A stretch of 64,000 nt of DNA from Trueperaceae bacterium (GCA_965215565.1 CBDCDZ010000004.1:3296001-3360000); one strand, 5' to 3'. Positions 28,078 through 38,466 are shown, counted from the stretch's first letter. Notes: generated from the letters alone by a model not told the origin. A program made the numbers and translations.

Positions 28078-29412
28078 TCAAGGCGTCGCTTTAGCGAGGT
28101 CGTTAAAACGCACGTGCGCGTTGTGGAACTGAAGCTCGACTGTACCGACGGGTCCGTTGCGCTGCTTGCCGATGATGATTTCGGCGATGCCCTGCTTTTC
28201 GCTGTGCGGGTCGTAATATTCGTCGCGGTAGATGAACATGACCAAATCTGCGTCCTGCTCTATGGCTCCACTTTCGCGCAAATCCGAAAGCATAGGGCGT
28301 TTGTTCGGGCGGCTTTCGACCGCTCTGGAAAGCTGCGAGAGAACGATCACAGGAATATCGAGTTCTCGAGCTAAAAGTTTGAGCCCCCTCGAGATAGTAG
28401 AAATTTCTTGCTGCCGGTTCTCACCCAGCCCGCCGCGCCCGCTGCCGCTCATGAGCTGCAGGTAGTCGATGATGATGAGCCCCAAGTCGTGCTCCGCCAT
28501 GAGTCTGCGGGCGCGGCTGCGCAGCTCCATCACGGTCATATCGGCGGCGTCGTCGATAAAGATATTCGCCTCGGAAATTTTGCCCGCCGTATCCGCGAGC
28601 CGCTGAAAATCTCGCTCGGAGAGTTGACCATTGCGCACGCGGCTCATGTCTACACGCGCTTCGCTGCAGAGCATCCTTGTGACGAGTTGGACGGCAGACA
28701 TCTCGAGGTTGAAAATCCCCACCGTCTTGCCTTCGCGCAGGGCGACGTTTTGACCAATCGTTAAGGCGAAGGCCGTTTTTCCCATAGCTGGCCGCGCTGC
28801 CAACACATTGAGCGTGCTCGGCTGCAAGCCCGCCGTCAAAATATCGAGTTCCTTAAAGCCTGTGCGGAGGCCCGAAATCGGGTCGGGGTTGTTGAACAGC
28901 TCGTTGATGTAGTTGAAGGTATCCGTGACGAGTGTGCCCATGCCTTCAAAGGCGTGGGAGCGCTTGCTGCTGGATAACTCAAAGATACCCGCTTCAGCTT
29001 TGTCCAAAACTTGCTCGATGGGGAGTGCCTGGTCATAGGCGGTCTGCATAATCTTACCGCTCGCCGCGATGAGGTCGCGCAGCACCGCCTTTTCGGAGAC
29101 GATTTTCGCGTAGCTCTCGGCGTAAGCGGCAGTCGGCACTTCGTCCGCTAAGCCGATGAGGTACGGCACGCTGCCCACCGCCTCTAGCTCACCCGTCTGC
29201 CTAAGCTCCTCGGTGAGTGTGACTAAGTCCATCGGCTCGCTGCGGCGAAAAAGGCGCTCGCAGGCGCGGTAAATCTTGCGGTGACTCTCCTTATAAAAGT
29301 GCTCGGGGGTGATGGAGCCCTCGAGCGCCCCAAATACCTCGTTGTCGATGAGAATACTTCCTAGGACGCTCTTCTCGGCTTCTAAATTATGGGGGGCAGT
29401 GCGCATCTCCAC
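28078..29412 (-). CDS. dnaB: Replicative DNA helicase
   Basis: AARPAMGKT, IIDYLQLM, SQLSR, DLRESGAIEQDAD, KQRNG; no intein. Confidence 0.97.
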   Translation of the reverse strand: MEMRTAPHNLEAEKSVLGSILIDNEVFGALEGSITPEHFYKESHRKIYRACERLFRRSEPMDLVTLTEELRQTGELEAVGSVPYLIGLADEVPTAAYAESYAKIVSEKAVLRDLIAASGKIMQTAYDQALPIEQVLDKAEAGIFELSSSKRSHAFEGMGTLVTDTFNYINELFNNPDPISGLRTGFKELDILTAGLQPSTLNVLAARPAMGKTAFALTIGQNVALREGKTVGIFNLEMSAVQLVTRMLCSEARVDMSRVRNGQLSERDFQRLADTAGKISEANIFIDDAADMTVMELRSRARRLMAEHDLGLIIIDYLQLMSGSGRGGLGENRQQEISTISRGLKLLARELDIPVIVLSQLSRAVESRPNKRPMLSDLRESGAIEQDADLVMFIYRDEYYDPHSEKQGIAEIIIGKQRNGPVGTVELQFHNAHVRFNDLAKATP

Positions 29413-29567
29413 GATGAGGAATTGTAACCGGAAAGGGGTTTTGCATACGTGAGTATTCAGCTTGACTTGGAGGGGTGCGGTGTGGTGTCAGCCGCTGACC
29501 TCTTTGTGAAGATGCGTGTGTGACGGCGTTTCTAGCTTAGAGAGGTTATGTAACCTCTTGCGAATGG

Positions 29568-30047
29568 TTAAGGTTGGGGCTCGAGTTCAGGATTTTTGTA
29601 GAGCACCCGAAACCGCTCGCATTCCAAAAGCATCTCCTCGTGAAAAGGAACGCCATCCTCTTCAGCCCTGCGCGTAAAAAAGTCCCGGTGCGCCTCGCGC
29701 CAGTACGCCAAGCTCCGGTCTCCCTCCCCTTCATCGAAGGCGAACTGCGCGTCCACGTCGCAAAAGCGCCGCACGGTGATCTCGTGCGTTTCGCTGAGGC
29801 AAAGAGGTTGTCCGCTGCCATTAAGAACAATCCACAGGCCCGAATAGTCTAAGAGGTTTTCGCCGAGGTAGCGTCCGCACGTCGCCGTTTTAACGCCGTC
29901 AAAGACGAGCTTACCTAGTTCATCTGCCATCTCGGAACTGTCCCCGAACCCGCTAGCCTCGGGTAAGGGATGAAAATGGTGGATGTGACCCTTCGGAAGA
30001 GTCTCGAGATAAGACTGCCAAAACGCTTCTACTTTTGAGTCTGCCAT
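29568..30047 (-). CDS. ASCH domain protein
   Basis: FGD...ADEL..LV..G.KTAT, EGEGDRSL..WR..H. Confidence 0.88.
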   Translation of the reverse strand: MADSKVEAFWQSYLETLPKGHIHHFHPLPEASGFGDSSEMADELGKLVFDGVKTATCGRYLGENLLDYSGLWIVLNGSGQPLCLSETHEITVRRFCDVDAQFAFDEGEGDRSLAYWREAHRDFFTRRAEEDGVPFHEEMLLECERFRVLYKNPELEPQP

Positions 30048-30120
30048 AAGGTGAGTTTACTTGGTAGGTCCGAACTTCGAGCAGTACTCGCATATCTTTT
30101 CGGTGGAACAACGTCTTAGA

Positions 30121-30705
30121 CTAAGGCGTGCGCTCACGCGACCAGCGCCAAATACCTCTTTCGTCACGAACCGCCTCGCCCCGGTTCTCTTCAGAGTATC
30201 TGTGGGCAGCGAGTGACGCCTCCGTTGGACGGGGTTCGCGCTCAGCGTGAACGCTACCTGGAAAGGTCATACGGACGCAGGTGCAGGGGTAGCCGCGTTC
30301 GTTGCCGGGAAAGAAGGCGACGGGTCGAAAGCCAACCTTCTGGTAGAAGTTGAAGCCGTACGCGTTCTCTTCCGCGCAGAGGACAAAACCATCTGGTTCT
30401 AAGGAATCTCGCACGTGCTCAACGAGAGCGCTCGCTATCCCCTTGCGGTGATGGTCGGGATGAACGTACAGCCATGTGAGTTCATCGCCCTGCACGGCGA
30501 TGAAACCTAAAACCTCGCCGCGCTCATCCACCCCTACGAACACGTCACTTTCGAAGAAATTGCCGTCTATGTGGACGGCCTTTTCCATCGGTAGAGTGAC
30601 GTCATCGGGCGTGAAGGTTTCTACCTCGAGTAGCCGCGCCGCATCATGTACGCGGCAAACGCCTTCCCAATCTCTATCCTGATAGGAACGAACCGAGAAC
30701 TTCAT
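30121..30705 (-). CDS. GNAT acetyltransferase
   Basis: LYVHPDHHRKGIAS, FYQKVGF. Confidence 0.85.
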   Translation of the reverse strand: MKFSVRSYQDRDWEGVCRVHDAARLLEVETFTPDDVTLPMEKAVHIDGNFFESDVFVGVDERGEVLGFIAVQGDELTWLYVHPDHHRKGIASALVEHVRDSLEPDGFVLCAEENAYGFNFYQKVGFRPVAFFPGNERGYPCTCVRMTFPGSVHAEREPRPTEASLAAHRYSEENRGEAVRDERGIWRWSRERTP

Positions 30706-30727
30706 AACGGAGTCTAACCGAACGTGT

Positions 30728-31918
30728 CTAACTTCGTTGCCGGTGAATTTCCAACGCTCGGTCCAAAATGACGTCAGCGAGGTCTCGTTTGCTCATGAGG
30801 GGGAGTTCTTCCGCGCTTTCATCCGCTGTCACAATCGTGACCTTATTCGTCTCGCCGCCGAACGCGGTGTTTTCTTGGGTGGGGTAGTTGAGGCAGATGA
30901 ACTCGAGCTTTTTGCGCTTCGCCTTGTCCGCTGCACGTTCCACCCCTTGGTGCGTTTCCATCGCAAAGCCGATCATAATCTGCTGCGCTTTGCGTTTGGA
31001 CAAGGTCTCTAAAATATCGGGTGTCCGCTTTAACGACAAGGTTTGCTCTTCACCTGACTTCGCTTGTTTCTCGGTGGCGATGTCCGCCGCTCGCCAATTG
31101 GCGACGGCGGCGCTCATAATGAGCATAGAAGCGTCGCCAAAGTGGTTGGAAAGTGCCTCCAACATCTCTTCGGCGCTTCCGACTTCTAGCCGCTTTACCC
31201 CGTGAGGTTTGGCGAGCGACGTGGGGCCGCTCACGAGCGTCACCTGTGCGCCGCGCTCCGCGGCTGCACGCGCTAGCGCGTAGCCCATGCGCCCACTGCT
31301 CGGGTTGGAGATGAAGCGCACGGGGTCTAAGTATTCCCTCGTTGGCCCGGCAGAGACGAGAACGTGGTGTCCCTCGAGGTCACGCCTAAAGAGGTTGCCG
31401 AGCCGCGCCACAATCTCTTCGGGCTCCACCATCCGCCCGACGCCTTCCCCTTCGCCTTTCGCCGCGAGCTTTCCCTCGCTAGGACCGATGAAGTGGTGTC
31501 CGAATGTTTTCAGCGTTTCTACATTGCGCTTAACGGCTGGGTGTAGCCACATCTCTGTGTTCATCGCGGGAGCCCAAATGACTTCGGGCACGCCCGCGAG
31601 GATGAGCGCGGAGATGACGTCGTCACCTCGCCCTGTCGCGGCGCTCGCGAGCGCGTCGGCGGTGGCGGGCGCAACTAACAGGGCGTCCGCCCAGCGCGCC
31701 CACTCGATATGCCTCGCTTGACCATCGGGTGCGAACCACGCCTCGCGGTCGAAGACCTCGCCGCCCGCCGCCACTGCGAGCGAGAGTTTGGTAACGAAGT
31801 AGAGTGCGTCGTCCGTCGTCGCCACGCGGACTTCATGCCCCGCTTCTTGCAAATGGCGCAAGAGCGACGGGGTCTTGAGGGCGGCGACGCCACCCGAAGC
31901 GGCAACGATGAGGTTCAC
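30728..31918 (-). CDS. coaBC: Bifunctional phosphopantothenoylcysteine decarboxylase/synthetase
   Basis: APATAD, PAMN..MW, GPTREYLDPVRFISNPSSGRMG. Confidence 0.95.
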   Translation of the reverse strand: MNLIVAASGGVAALKTPSLLRHLQEAGHEVRVATTDDALYFVTKLSLAVAAGGEVFDREAWFAPDGQARHIEWARWADALLVAPATADALASAATGRGDDVISALILAGVPEVIWAPAMNTEMWLHPAVKRNVETLKTFGHHFIGPSEGKLAAKGEGEGVGRMVEPEEIVARLGNLFRRDLEGHHVLVSAGPTREYLDPVRFISNPSSGRMGYALARAAAERGAQVTLVSGPTSLAKPHGVKRLEVGSAEEMLEALSNHFGDASMLIMSAAVANWRAADIATEKQAKSGEEQTLSLKRTPDILETLSKRKAQQIMIGFAMETHQGVERAADKAKRKKLEFICLNYPTQENTAFGGETNKVTIVTADESAEELPLMSKRDLADVILDRALEIHRQRS

Positions 31919-31934
31919 GGGTTAAAGAGAAGCG

Positions 31935-32237
31935 TTACTCATCTTCGCCGTTGGCGCTCGAGACGCTGTACCCGCTCGTCTCCTCGCGCTGTTCACGCTC
32001 AACCACCTGCTTGAGTTCGCTCAAGCTCGGCAAGTCGTCGCCCCAACGGATGCCCGAGTGGGTTTCCAGCTCTTTCATTGCTACCGTGACGGTGTTGCGC
32101 GTCCGCGGGTATTCCTCAGGGTCCAGCGTCGAGGGGATACCCGCTTTAAGCTGCGCGGCGCGGCGCGCGGTGATCATCGAGAGTTTGTAGCGCGAATCGG
32201 TCAGCGCCATGAGGTCGTCAAAGCCTTCTTGTGCCAT
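31935..32237 (-). CDS. rpoZ: RNA polymerase omega subunit
   Basis: DSRYKLSMITARRAAQL; gmk-rpoZ-coaBC synteny. Confidence 0.93.
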   Translation of the reverse strand: MAQEGFDDLMALTDSRYKLSMITARRAAQLKAGIPSTLDPEEYPRTRNTVTVAMKELETHSGIRWGDDLPSLSELKQVVEREQREETSGYSVSSANGEDE

Positions 32238-32288
32238 AGGTTTCTCCTTTATACATCATACACGGGTTTGGGATAGGGCTACTTTTAG

Positions 32289-32405
32289 GAGCAATGAGTT
32301 AAAAGCGTAGGTTGGAGCAAAGCTCAAAGGCTCTTAGCCTTTACCTGATGAGCAATGAGTCTAAAGTGTTTCAACTTTTAACTCATTGCTCGTTGCTCAT
32401 TGCTA
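32289..32405. repeat. Intergenic inverted-repeat element
   Basis: Perfect 17-bp IR GAGCAATGAGTTAAAAG (32289-32305) / CTTTTAACTCATTGCTC (32375-32391) plus extra GAGCAATGAG and TTGCTC units. Confidence 0.7.
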
Positions 32406-32408
32406 AAT

Positions 32409-33023
32409 TTATAGCTCCCGCAAAAAGTTCGTGATGTCCTTCTGGGTCAGGTGCGCGGTGCGGGCGCGCTCAGCGTAGATGATACTGCAAAAGTCGCGAA
32501 CGGCTGTCTCGAGCGTGTCATTCACCACCACGAAGTCGAACTCCTTGACGGCGCGAATCTCGTCGCGGGCGCGTGCTAAGCGCTTCTGGATGCGCTCTTC
32601 TGAGTCGGTGCCGCGTCCGCGCAGACGGCGTTCTAGCTCGCTCAGGCTGGGCGGCGCGATAAAAACCATGACGGCTTCGGGGAGTTTGCGCTTGACCTCC
32701 CTCGCGCCGACGAGTTCAAGCTCTAGGAGCGCATCCTGACCTCTTCCGAGCGCTTCCCTAACAGGCGCGGCGGGCGTGCCGTAGAAGTCGCCGACGTATT
32801 CGGCGTGCTCGAGCAACTCGTCCGCCTCGATCATCGTCCGAAACGCCTCCTTTTCGTAGAAGAAGTACTGCTTGCCGTGGACTTCGCCAGGGCGACGTGA
32901 GCGCGTGGTAGCGGAGATGGAGAAGTAGAGGTTGCTTAGGTCAGGCAGGGCGGCTTGACGAATCGTATCTTTGCCGACGCCCGACGCGCCGGTCATGACG
33001 AAGAGGGTGCCGGAGCGCTTCAC
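32409..33023 (-). CDS. gmk: Guanylate kinase
   Basis: GASGVGK, SATTR..RPGE..G..Y.F, YGT, RLRGRGTD; start likely GTG 33023. Confidence 0.95.
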   Translation of the reverse strand: MKRSGTLFVMTGASGVGKDTIRQAALPDLSNLYFSISATTRSRRPGEVHGKQYFFYEKEAFRTMIEADELLEHAEYVGDFYGTPAAPVREALGRGQDALLELELVGAREVKRKLPEAVMVFIAPPSLSELERRLRGRGTDSEERIQKRLARARDEIRAVKEFDFVVVNDTLETAVRDFCSIIYAERARTAHLTQKDITNFLREL

Positions 33024-33310
33024 GGAACGAAGGTGAGAAGAGTTGCGTTGCGAGGACAGGCGAAGAGATGCATGGCAGAAATGTAACATAACGGCGCGGC
33101 CGCGCGCACCGCTCAGGCTGCGATTCGGATTTTTCACACGCCTTAGCACCTCGCCCCCTTTATCCTAGACACCGATGTCCCCCGGTCCATGCCTGTAGGT
33201 TCGGAGGAAATGTTCAGAAAGTGATGACGTCATGAAGAGAGCGAGCTGCGTAGTGGATACCCTAACTCACACCTACATACCCGGTTATGCACCTAGCGGC
33301 GGGGTGACCG

Positions 33311-34339
33311 GTGGCTAACGAAGTGTACACCCAGGCGCTAGGCGCTATGCAGAGGCTCGTGTCGGCTAGAGCGGCCAGCCGCGCCTTAGATAGCGCCCTC
33401 AAAGCGAGAGGGGAGACCCCGGACACCGTCGACGCCGAGGTGATGAGCCGCGTTTTGCTCGGACCTATTCTGAGCGAATTCGAAACGATCTTGCCGCGCG
33501 AAGGGCTCAAGCGCCAACTGCGCAGCTTGGCGGCGAACCTGCGCAAGAACTTTCCCAAGCCCCTCCTCATTGAGCCGGAAAGCGCCAACTTGGACGCCGA
33601 CGTCAACGCTGACGTGGACGCCGATACAGACGCCGACGCGGATATTTACTCAGAAGAGGAGATGCGCCAAGTCGTAGCCAATGAAGCGTCGACGCCGAGC
33701 GCGCACGAAACGGAGCCCGGTTTCGTTTATCAGACGAACGCGCTGAACGGCGTGCCCGAAAGCTTAGACCTTATATTTTCGGTGACGTCGTCGTCCGTCA
33801 GGACGCCCTCAGCGCCCCAAGGTGTCGCCGCCGCACCGCAACCCGCCGCACAACCCGCCGAGGAAGCGCGAAACGTTGTGAGCGCAGCGCTCGAGTCGGG
33901 AGACTTGCTCGAAATCCCCGAGGAACTGCTCGAGCTACCGGACTCGTTCGAGCCTGAACTTGAAACGCCCGGCACTTCCGCGCCTGAAACGCCTACCGAA
34001 ACGCCCACACCGCCTCTCTCCGGGGCGCAGCTCGAGGCGGCGGTGCTGCGTTTCGCGCAGTTAGAGCAGGTCAAGTTCGTCGCGGCGCTCCGTCCGAACG
34101 GTGAGGTTGCCGCGCAGCGTGGCAGCGGCATCGACGTCGCGGCGCTCGCACAGCTTGGGCTCGTCGGGCTCAGGCTGCTGCGCCGCAGCGGTCCGCTGCG
34201 CACCTACTACCTCGCGCACACGCGCGGACAGCTCTTTTTGCTCCCTTTTGGGGAGGACACGCTCACACTCGTCGGCACGCCGGAACTCAACGTCGGCGCG
34301 ATATTTAACACGTTTACGTCTCTCAAGGAGGAATTATGA
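33311..34339 (+). CDS. Uncharacterised protein with C-terminal roadblock/LC7-like domain
   Basis: Helical N domain, acidic/Pro linker, C-terminal alpha-beta-beta-alpha-beta-beta-beta-alpha pattern ending NVGAIF. Confidence 0.65.
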   Translation: MANEVYTQALGAMQRLVSARAASRALDSALKARGETPDTVDAEVMSRVLLGPILSEFETILPREGLKRQLRSLAANLRKNFPKPLLIEPESANLDADVNADVDADTDADADIYSEEEMRQVVANEASTPSAHETEPGFVYQTNALNGVPESLDLIFSVTSSSVRTPSAPQGVAAAPQPAAQPAEEARNVVSAALESGDLLEIPEELLELPDSFEPELETPGTSAPETPTETPTPPLSGAQLEAAVLRFAQLEQVKFVAALRPNGEVAAQRGSGIDVAALAQLGLVGLRLLRRSGPLRTYYLAHTRGQLFLLPFGEDTLTLVGTPELNVGAIFNTFTSLKEEL

Positions 34340-36261
34340 TTCGCCGTACCATGTTAGCTAGGGCGCTCGCCCTGACCCTCGTTTCCGCACCGCTCGCGCT
34401 CGCACAAACTGCGCAGGGAGGCGCGCAAGGGAGCGTTCAAACCCAGCAAGATGAGCTTTTGAGCACGTACGAAGAAGCGTTCGCGGCGCTCAACGCGAGC
34501 GTCAAGGCGCTGCCGCAAGACAGCGCGGTGAGCGCGGAGCAGCTCGAGCGAGCCCAGCTTGGACTCACCGCACTCGCCGAGGACGCGCCTACCGCTTTTG
34601 TTAGCGGCCTTAGTGACACTTTTGCCCGCGCCCGCGACGCGATTCGCAACCGCTCGCAGGTGGACTTAGCGGTGCAAGCGGCGGTCCTTAAAGGCGGCTT
34701 CCACCGCCTCGTCTACGAAGCGGCGCTACGAGACGCCGCTTCGGGTAACGCCCCGCGCGCGCAGCGCCGCCTCGCTCAACTCGCGTCGGACATGGGCCTA
34801 CCCGCCGAAACGCGGCGCGCATTTCAAGAGGTAGAGACGCGCCGCGCGCTCCAAGCTGCGTTCGAAGCGGGCGTCGCTCAGACGATCAGCGCGCGTTTAG
34901 AGACGACGCAAAACGTCGCTCTGAGCGACGCGAACTTCGCCTATCAAGCGATCGCGCAAGCCTACGGTAAGTTCGTTCCCGTCCAGGACTCGCCCCGCTT
35001 GCCGCCCGAAACCGCCGAGACCTTTGTGAACGCCTTCAGCGCGCTCGTCGGCGCTGAGAACGAAGCGCTTACCGCCCAAGTCGCGCAGCTCGCAGCGCAG
35101 ATGCAGACCTTCGGAGCGGCGGCTGCCGCCGTGCTCAACCCGGAGGCGGGCGCAACCTCGGCTGGTGCGTCTGAGAGCAGCGCGCAGGTCGCGCAACTCA
35201 GCGAGCAGGCGCAAGCCCTCGAGACCGCCGCCGCCAACCCGAGCGTCAACGAGAGCGCGAGCGCGGGCACGAGCGCGGGTACGAGAACGGGCGTAGCGGA
35301 GGGTGAGGTCAGCGTAGCGCAGCTACAAGGAGGACAAGCGTCCCTTTCAACCTCTGGGGAACAGGGAACTGCGCCGGGTGCGTCCGACGAAACAGAGCCC
35401 GTAGCGACTCAGCCTGACGCGCTTAGCCTCGAGTTGCAAACCTACACGCTCGCCGCGAGCCCCTCCGCGCGTCTCGAAGCGGCGTACCGCGCCGAAGGGT
35501 TTGAGAGCGTCCAAGATGCCCTCGACGCGCTCTACGCGAGAGGCGCTAAGGCGCTCGCCTCCGCGCAGCTCGGCGACGTCGGCGGCGCGCAAGTCTTGGT
35601 GGGTGAGTTCGGCGCGGACTACCGCACCTTCGTCGCGCCCCTCCTGAGCGACGAGAGCGTGCGCAGTACGACGAGCAGGCTCATCTCCGGTCTGCAGGAC
35701 TCGCCTGCTCTGCGCCCACAAGACCTGAACGTTTTGCTCGCGCAAGTCGGCGTTGTAAGCGGGAGCTTGCGCGGCGCTGAGCCCTCGCTGATGAGCCGCC
35801 TTTCCGCGAGCACGGGGCTCTTCTGGATGGGACCGATTCGCCTCAGCATCATGATCATCCTCTGCTTCTTCGCGTTCGTGCCGCTCTACCTCTTAAACCT
35901 CGCTTTCGGCGGCGGCAACCGCAACTGGCAGTACATCGGCGTGGCGCTCTTTTTGCTCCTCTTGCCGGTCATCTTTGAAGGCTTGAGCTTCATGGGTTCT
36001 GCCATTGCCACCTTCGCAGGTGCCTCGGCGCTCGAGCCCGCCGCGACTTTGTCCATCTTCCAGACGCCGCTCGCTCGGGTGGCTTGGGCTGTAGTCAGCG
36101 CGGTCGCCATCTCCTTCGCGAGCGTCGGGCTCTACGGTATCTGCGTGCAGTTCGGGCTGCTCGGCAAGCAAGAAGAGCCGAGCGACGCTTCGGTTTCAGA
36201 CACGCAGCTCTACCTCACGTCGGACGGTCCTGATACGATCGACTGGGACGAGGAGTTCTAA
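34336..36261 (+). CDS. Exported helical protein with C-terminal multi-TM anchor
   Basis: Signal peptide (ALA/Q), Ala/Gln-rich helices, three to four C-terminal TMs, acidic tail DWDEEF. Confidence 0.7.
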   Translation: MIRRTMLARALALTLVSAPLALAQTAQGGAQGSVQTQQDELLSTYEEAFAALNASVKALPQDSAVSAEQLERAQLGLTALAEDAPTAFVSGLSDTFARARDAIRNRSQVDLAVQAAVLKGGFHRLVYEAALRDAASGNAPRAQRRLAQLASDMGLPAETRRAFQEVETRRALQAAFEAGVAQTISARLETTQNVALSDANFAYQAIAQAYGKFVPVQDSPRLPPETAETFVNAFSALVGAENEALTAQVAQLAAQMQTFGAAAAAVLNPEAGATSAGASESSAQVAQLSEQAQALETAAANPSVNESASAGTSAGTRTGVAEGEVSVAQLQGGQASLSTSGEQGTAPGASDETEPVATQPDALSLELQTYTLAASPSARLEAAYRAEGFESVQDALDALYARGAKALASAQLGDVGGAQVLVGEFGADYRTFVAPLLSDESVRSTTSRLISGLQDSPALRPQDLNVLLAQVGVVSGSLRGAEPSLMSRLSASTGLFWMGPIRLSIMIILCFFAFVPLYLLNLAFGGGNRNWQYIGVALFLLLLPVIFEGLSFMGSAIATFAGASALEPAATLSIFQTPLARVAWAVVSAVAISFASVGLYGICVQFGLLGKQEEPSDASVSDTQLYLTSDGPDTIDWDEEF

Positions 36262-36267
36262 GGGTCT

Positions 36268-38466
36268 ATGGCGAATTCGGTCTACCAAGCTACTATCGAG
36301 CAGCTCGAGGGCGTCCTCTCCCCTCGCGTCGCCTCACAATCCTTGCAAGAGGGACTTAAAAAACTTCAGAAAACCCCTGATACCGTCACGGCCGAAGACA
36401 TAGAAACGATCCTCAAGGCGCAAGTGTACCGCCGCTTGCAGGTGACGCTGCCGCCTGAGAAGGCGAAAGAAGCGGTGGAAAATCTCCTGGAGGGGTTGCA
36501 CAGCGCGCCTAAAAAGGCGGCAGCGAAAGTAGACCTGCAGGGGCAAGCGCAAGCTATCAAAAACTTAAAAGACGCGCTCAAACCCTTTAACCTCTACTTC
36601 GAATGGCCCGAGACGCAGAAGTTGCGGGCGCAGTTGCAGCTTTTAGAAATGGAGCAAGAGGCGGGGCGAGACGCGCACGAGCTTATGGACGAGGCGCGCG
36701 CGCAGCTAGGCGTCTTAGAGCAGAAGCTCGAGGGTCAGCTCGTCACGCAAGCGGCCGAGCTGAGCGAACTTGGAGATGCGTTCAAACAGGTCAAGTCTCT
36801 GGGCGGTTCCAAAGTGCGCCGTTTAGAGAACCTCATCGGGCAGATAGAGAGTGCCCAGGAGACGCGCCAGATCGCCTCAGGTGAGGTGGAGCGCGCGCGC
36901 AAACTCGCCACGGACCTGCGCAAGCTCGTCGCCTCGGCGGTGCTCGAGTCTTCCGACACCCAAACGGTAGTAGGCGACGCCAACCCCACCTCCGCGCAGA
37001 CGAGTCGGGTCAGCGAGGAACTCAAGCGCCTCGACCTCGAGAACGACGCGCGCGAAGTTCAGCGTCTCGCGGGGGAGTTCGCCAACCTCTTTCTCTTCGA
37101 GCCCGCGCTGGCGGAGCGCCTAGGGGGCGCGAGGGAGGCGCTCGCGCAGGAAACGCCCCTGGGCGAGCGCTTAGCTGAGCTGCGCGCTACCTTGACGCAG
37201 GCGCAAGCGGACCTGCGCGCGTCGCTGCGCAGTGAATTCGGTGCAGTGGCGGCGGAACTCAAGACGTTGGAGGGCGTAGATGCGCACGAGCTAGAGGTGG
37301 CGCTGCCCGTGACGCTCAGCGTCTTGGAGACGACGCTGCCTGCACGCGCCGACGTGCAGCGTGTCCGCGACCTCTACAGCCTGCTCACGGCGGAAGGAAC
37401 CGACGATCCCGAGCGGGCGGCGCAAATTGCCGAGCTGCACCAGTTGGAGAGCGAAGCGGCGGCGTATTTAGAACTGGACGACGACGCCGCGCTGCAACTC
37501 GCGCTGCTGCTCGACGCTTCGCGTACGCAACTCGAGGTAGGCCGCAAAGCGGACGAGTTAGCGCGAGCGTGGCCCATTCTCAAAGAGGTGCGCGAAGCTG
37601 TGGCGCAGCGCGCCGCCACTTTCGAGCCGCGCCTAGACGCCGCGCTCGCCGCCTTTAAGCCCATTGCGAGCCTCAACACCGACGAGACACTTCAAGTGAA
37701 GCGCACGCTTAGTCATTTAGACGCGCAGCGAGACGCCTTCAGCAGGGTCGCGCCCACAATGCAAGCGAAGCTCGTCATCGCCCTGCGCGACGCCGAAGTG
37801 ACGCTCCAGGAGCTGCAAAACGTCTGGGAGGCGACGCGCGCGGTGGCGGGTCAACTCGTTAGCGACAACGCCTTCGACGATATCTTGGGCATTTTCGGCT
37901 CCGGCGACGAGGTGAGCGGAGGGGCTAAAAAAAAAGTAGCCTCGCCTGACGAAAGCCGAGTCGATGAGGTCCGAGTCGATGAGGTCGAAGTCAATGAGGT
38001 CCGGGTCAGAGGTGCCCAGGCAAATGAGGTGCAAGCCGACGACGCGGCCGAAACGCCCAAAGACATCGAGCCAGACGCGCAACTCAGCGCTTGGTTAGAC
38101 GCCTATGCACACCTTCAAGGCGTGAGTGGCGTGGTCTTGTTTCTGCGGGAGGGGCGCGTGGCAGCGGGTGAGGCGAAGGCGTTCTCCGCACCCTTTCACC
38201 GAGCGGTGAGGGCGCTCTCGCGTGACCTCAGCAAGCTCGGTGAGGCGTTGCACGTCGGTGAGGCTCAGGTCTTCATCTTAGAGATGCCTAGCTACACCGT
38301 CGTGACTGCGTGGCCCAATACGCACGCTTACTTGGGGCTCATCGTCACCACGCCCGCCATGCTCAACCCCACGCTCAAGAAGCTGCGCGGCGAGTTGCCG
38401 GAGCTGCGCGATCTGCTACACTCGCTCCATGACGCAACCCGGCAGGGCGCAGCTCAACCTAGATAA
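36268..38466 (+). CDS. Long coiled-coil protein with C-terminal roadblock-like domain
   Basis: N domain paralogous to 33311, FNLYFEWPE motif, extended heptads. Confidence 0.65.
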   Translation: MANSVYQATIEQLEGVLSPRVASQSLQEGLKKLQKTPDTVTAEDIETILKAQVYRRLQVTLPPEKAKEAVENLLEGLHSAPKKAAAKVDLQGQAQAIKNLKDALKPFNLYFEWPETQKLRAQLQLLEMEQEAGRDAHELMDEARAQLGVLEQKLEGQLVTQAAELSELGDAFKQVKSLGGSKVRRLENLIGQIESAQETRQIASGEVERARKLATDLRKLVASAVLESSDTQTVVGDANPTSAQTSRVSEELKRLDLENDAREVQRLAGEFANLFLFEPALAERLGGAREALAQETPLGERLAELRATLTQAQADLRASLRSEFGAVAAELKTLEGVDAHELEVALPVTLSVLETTLPARADVQRVRDLYSLLTAEGTDDPERAAQIAELHQLESEAAAYLELDDDAALQLALLLDASRTQLEVGRKADELARAWPILKEVREAVAQRAATFEPRLDAALAAFKPIASLNTDETLQVKRTLSHLDAQRDAFSRVAPTMQAKLVIALRDAEVTLQELQNVWEATRAVAGQLVSDNAFDDILGIFGSGDEVSGGAKKKVASPDESRVDEVRVDEVEVNEVRVRGAQANEVQADDAAETPKDIEPDAQLSAWLDAYAHLQGVSGVVLFLREGRVAAGEAKAFSAPFHRAVRALSRDLSKLGEALHVGEAQVFILEMPSYTVVTAWPNTHAYLGLIVTTPAMLNPTLKKLRGELPELRDLLHSLHDATRQGAAQPR

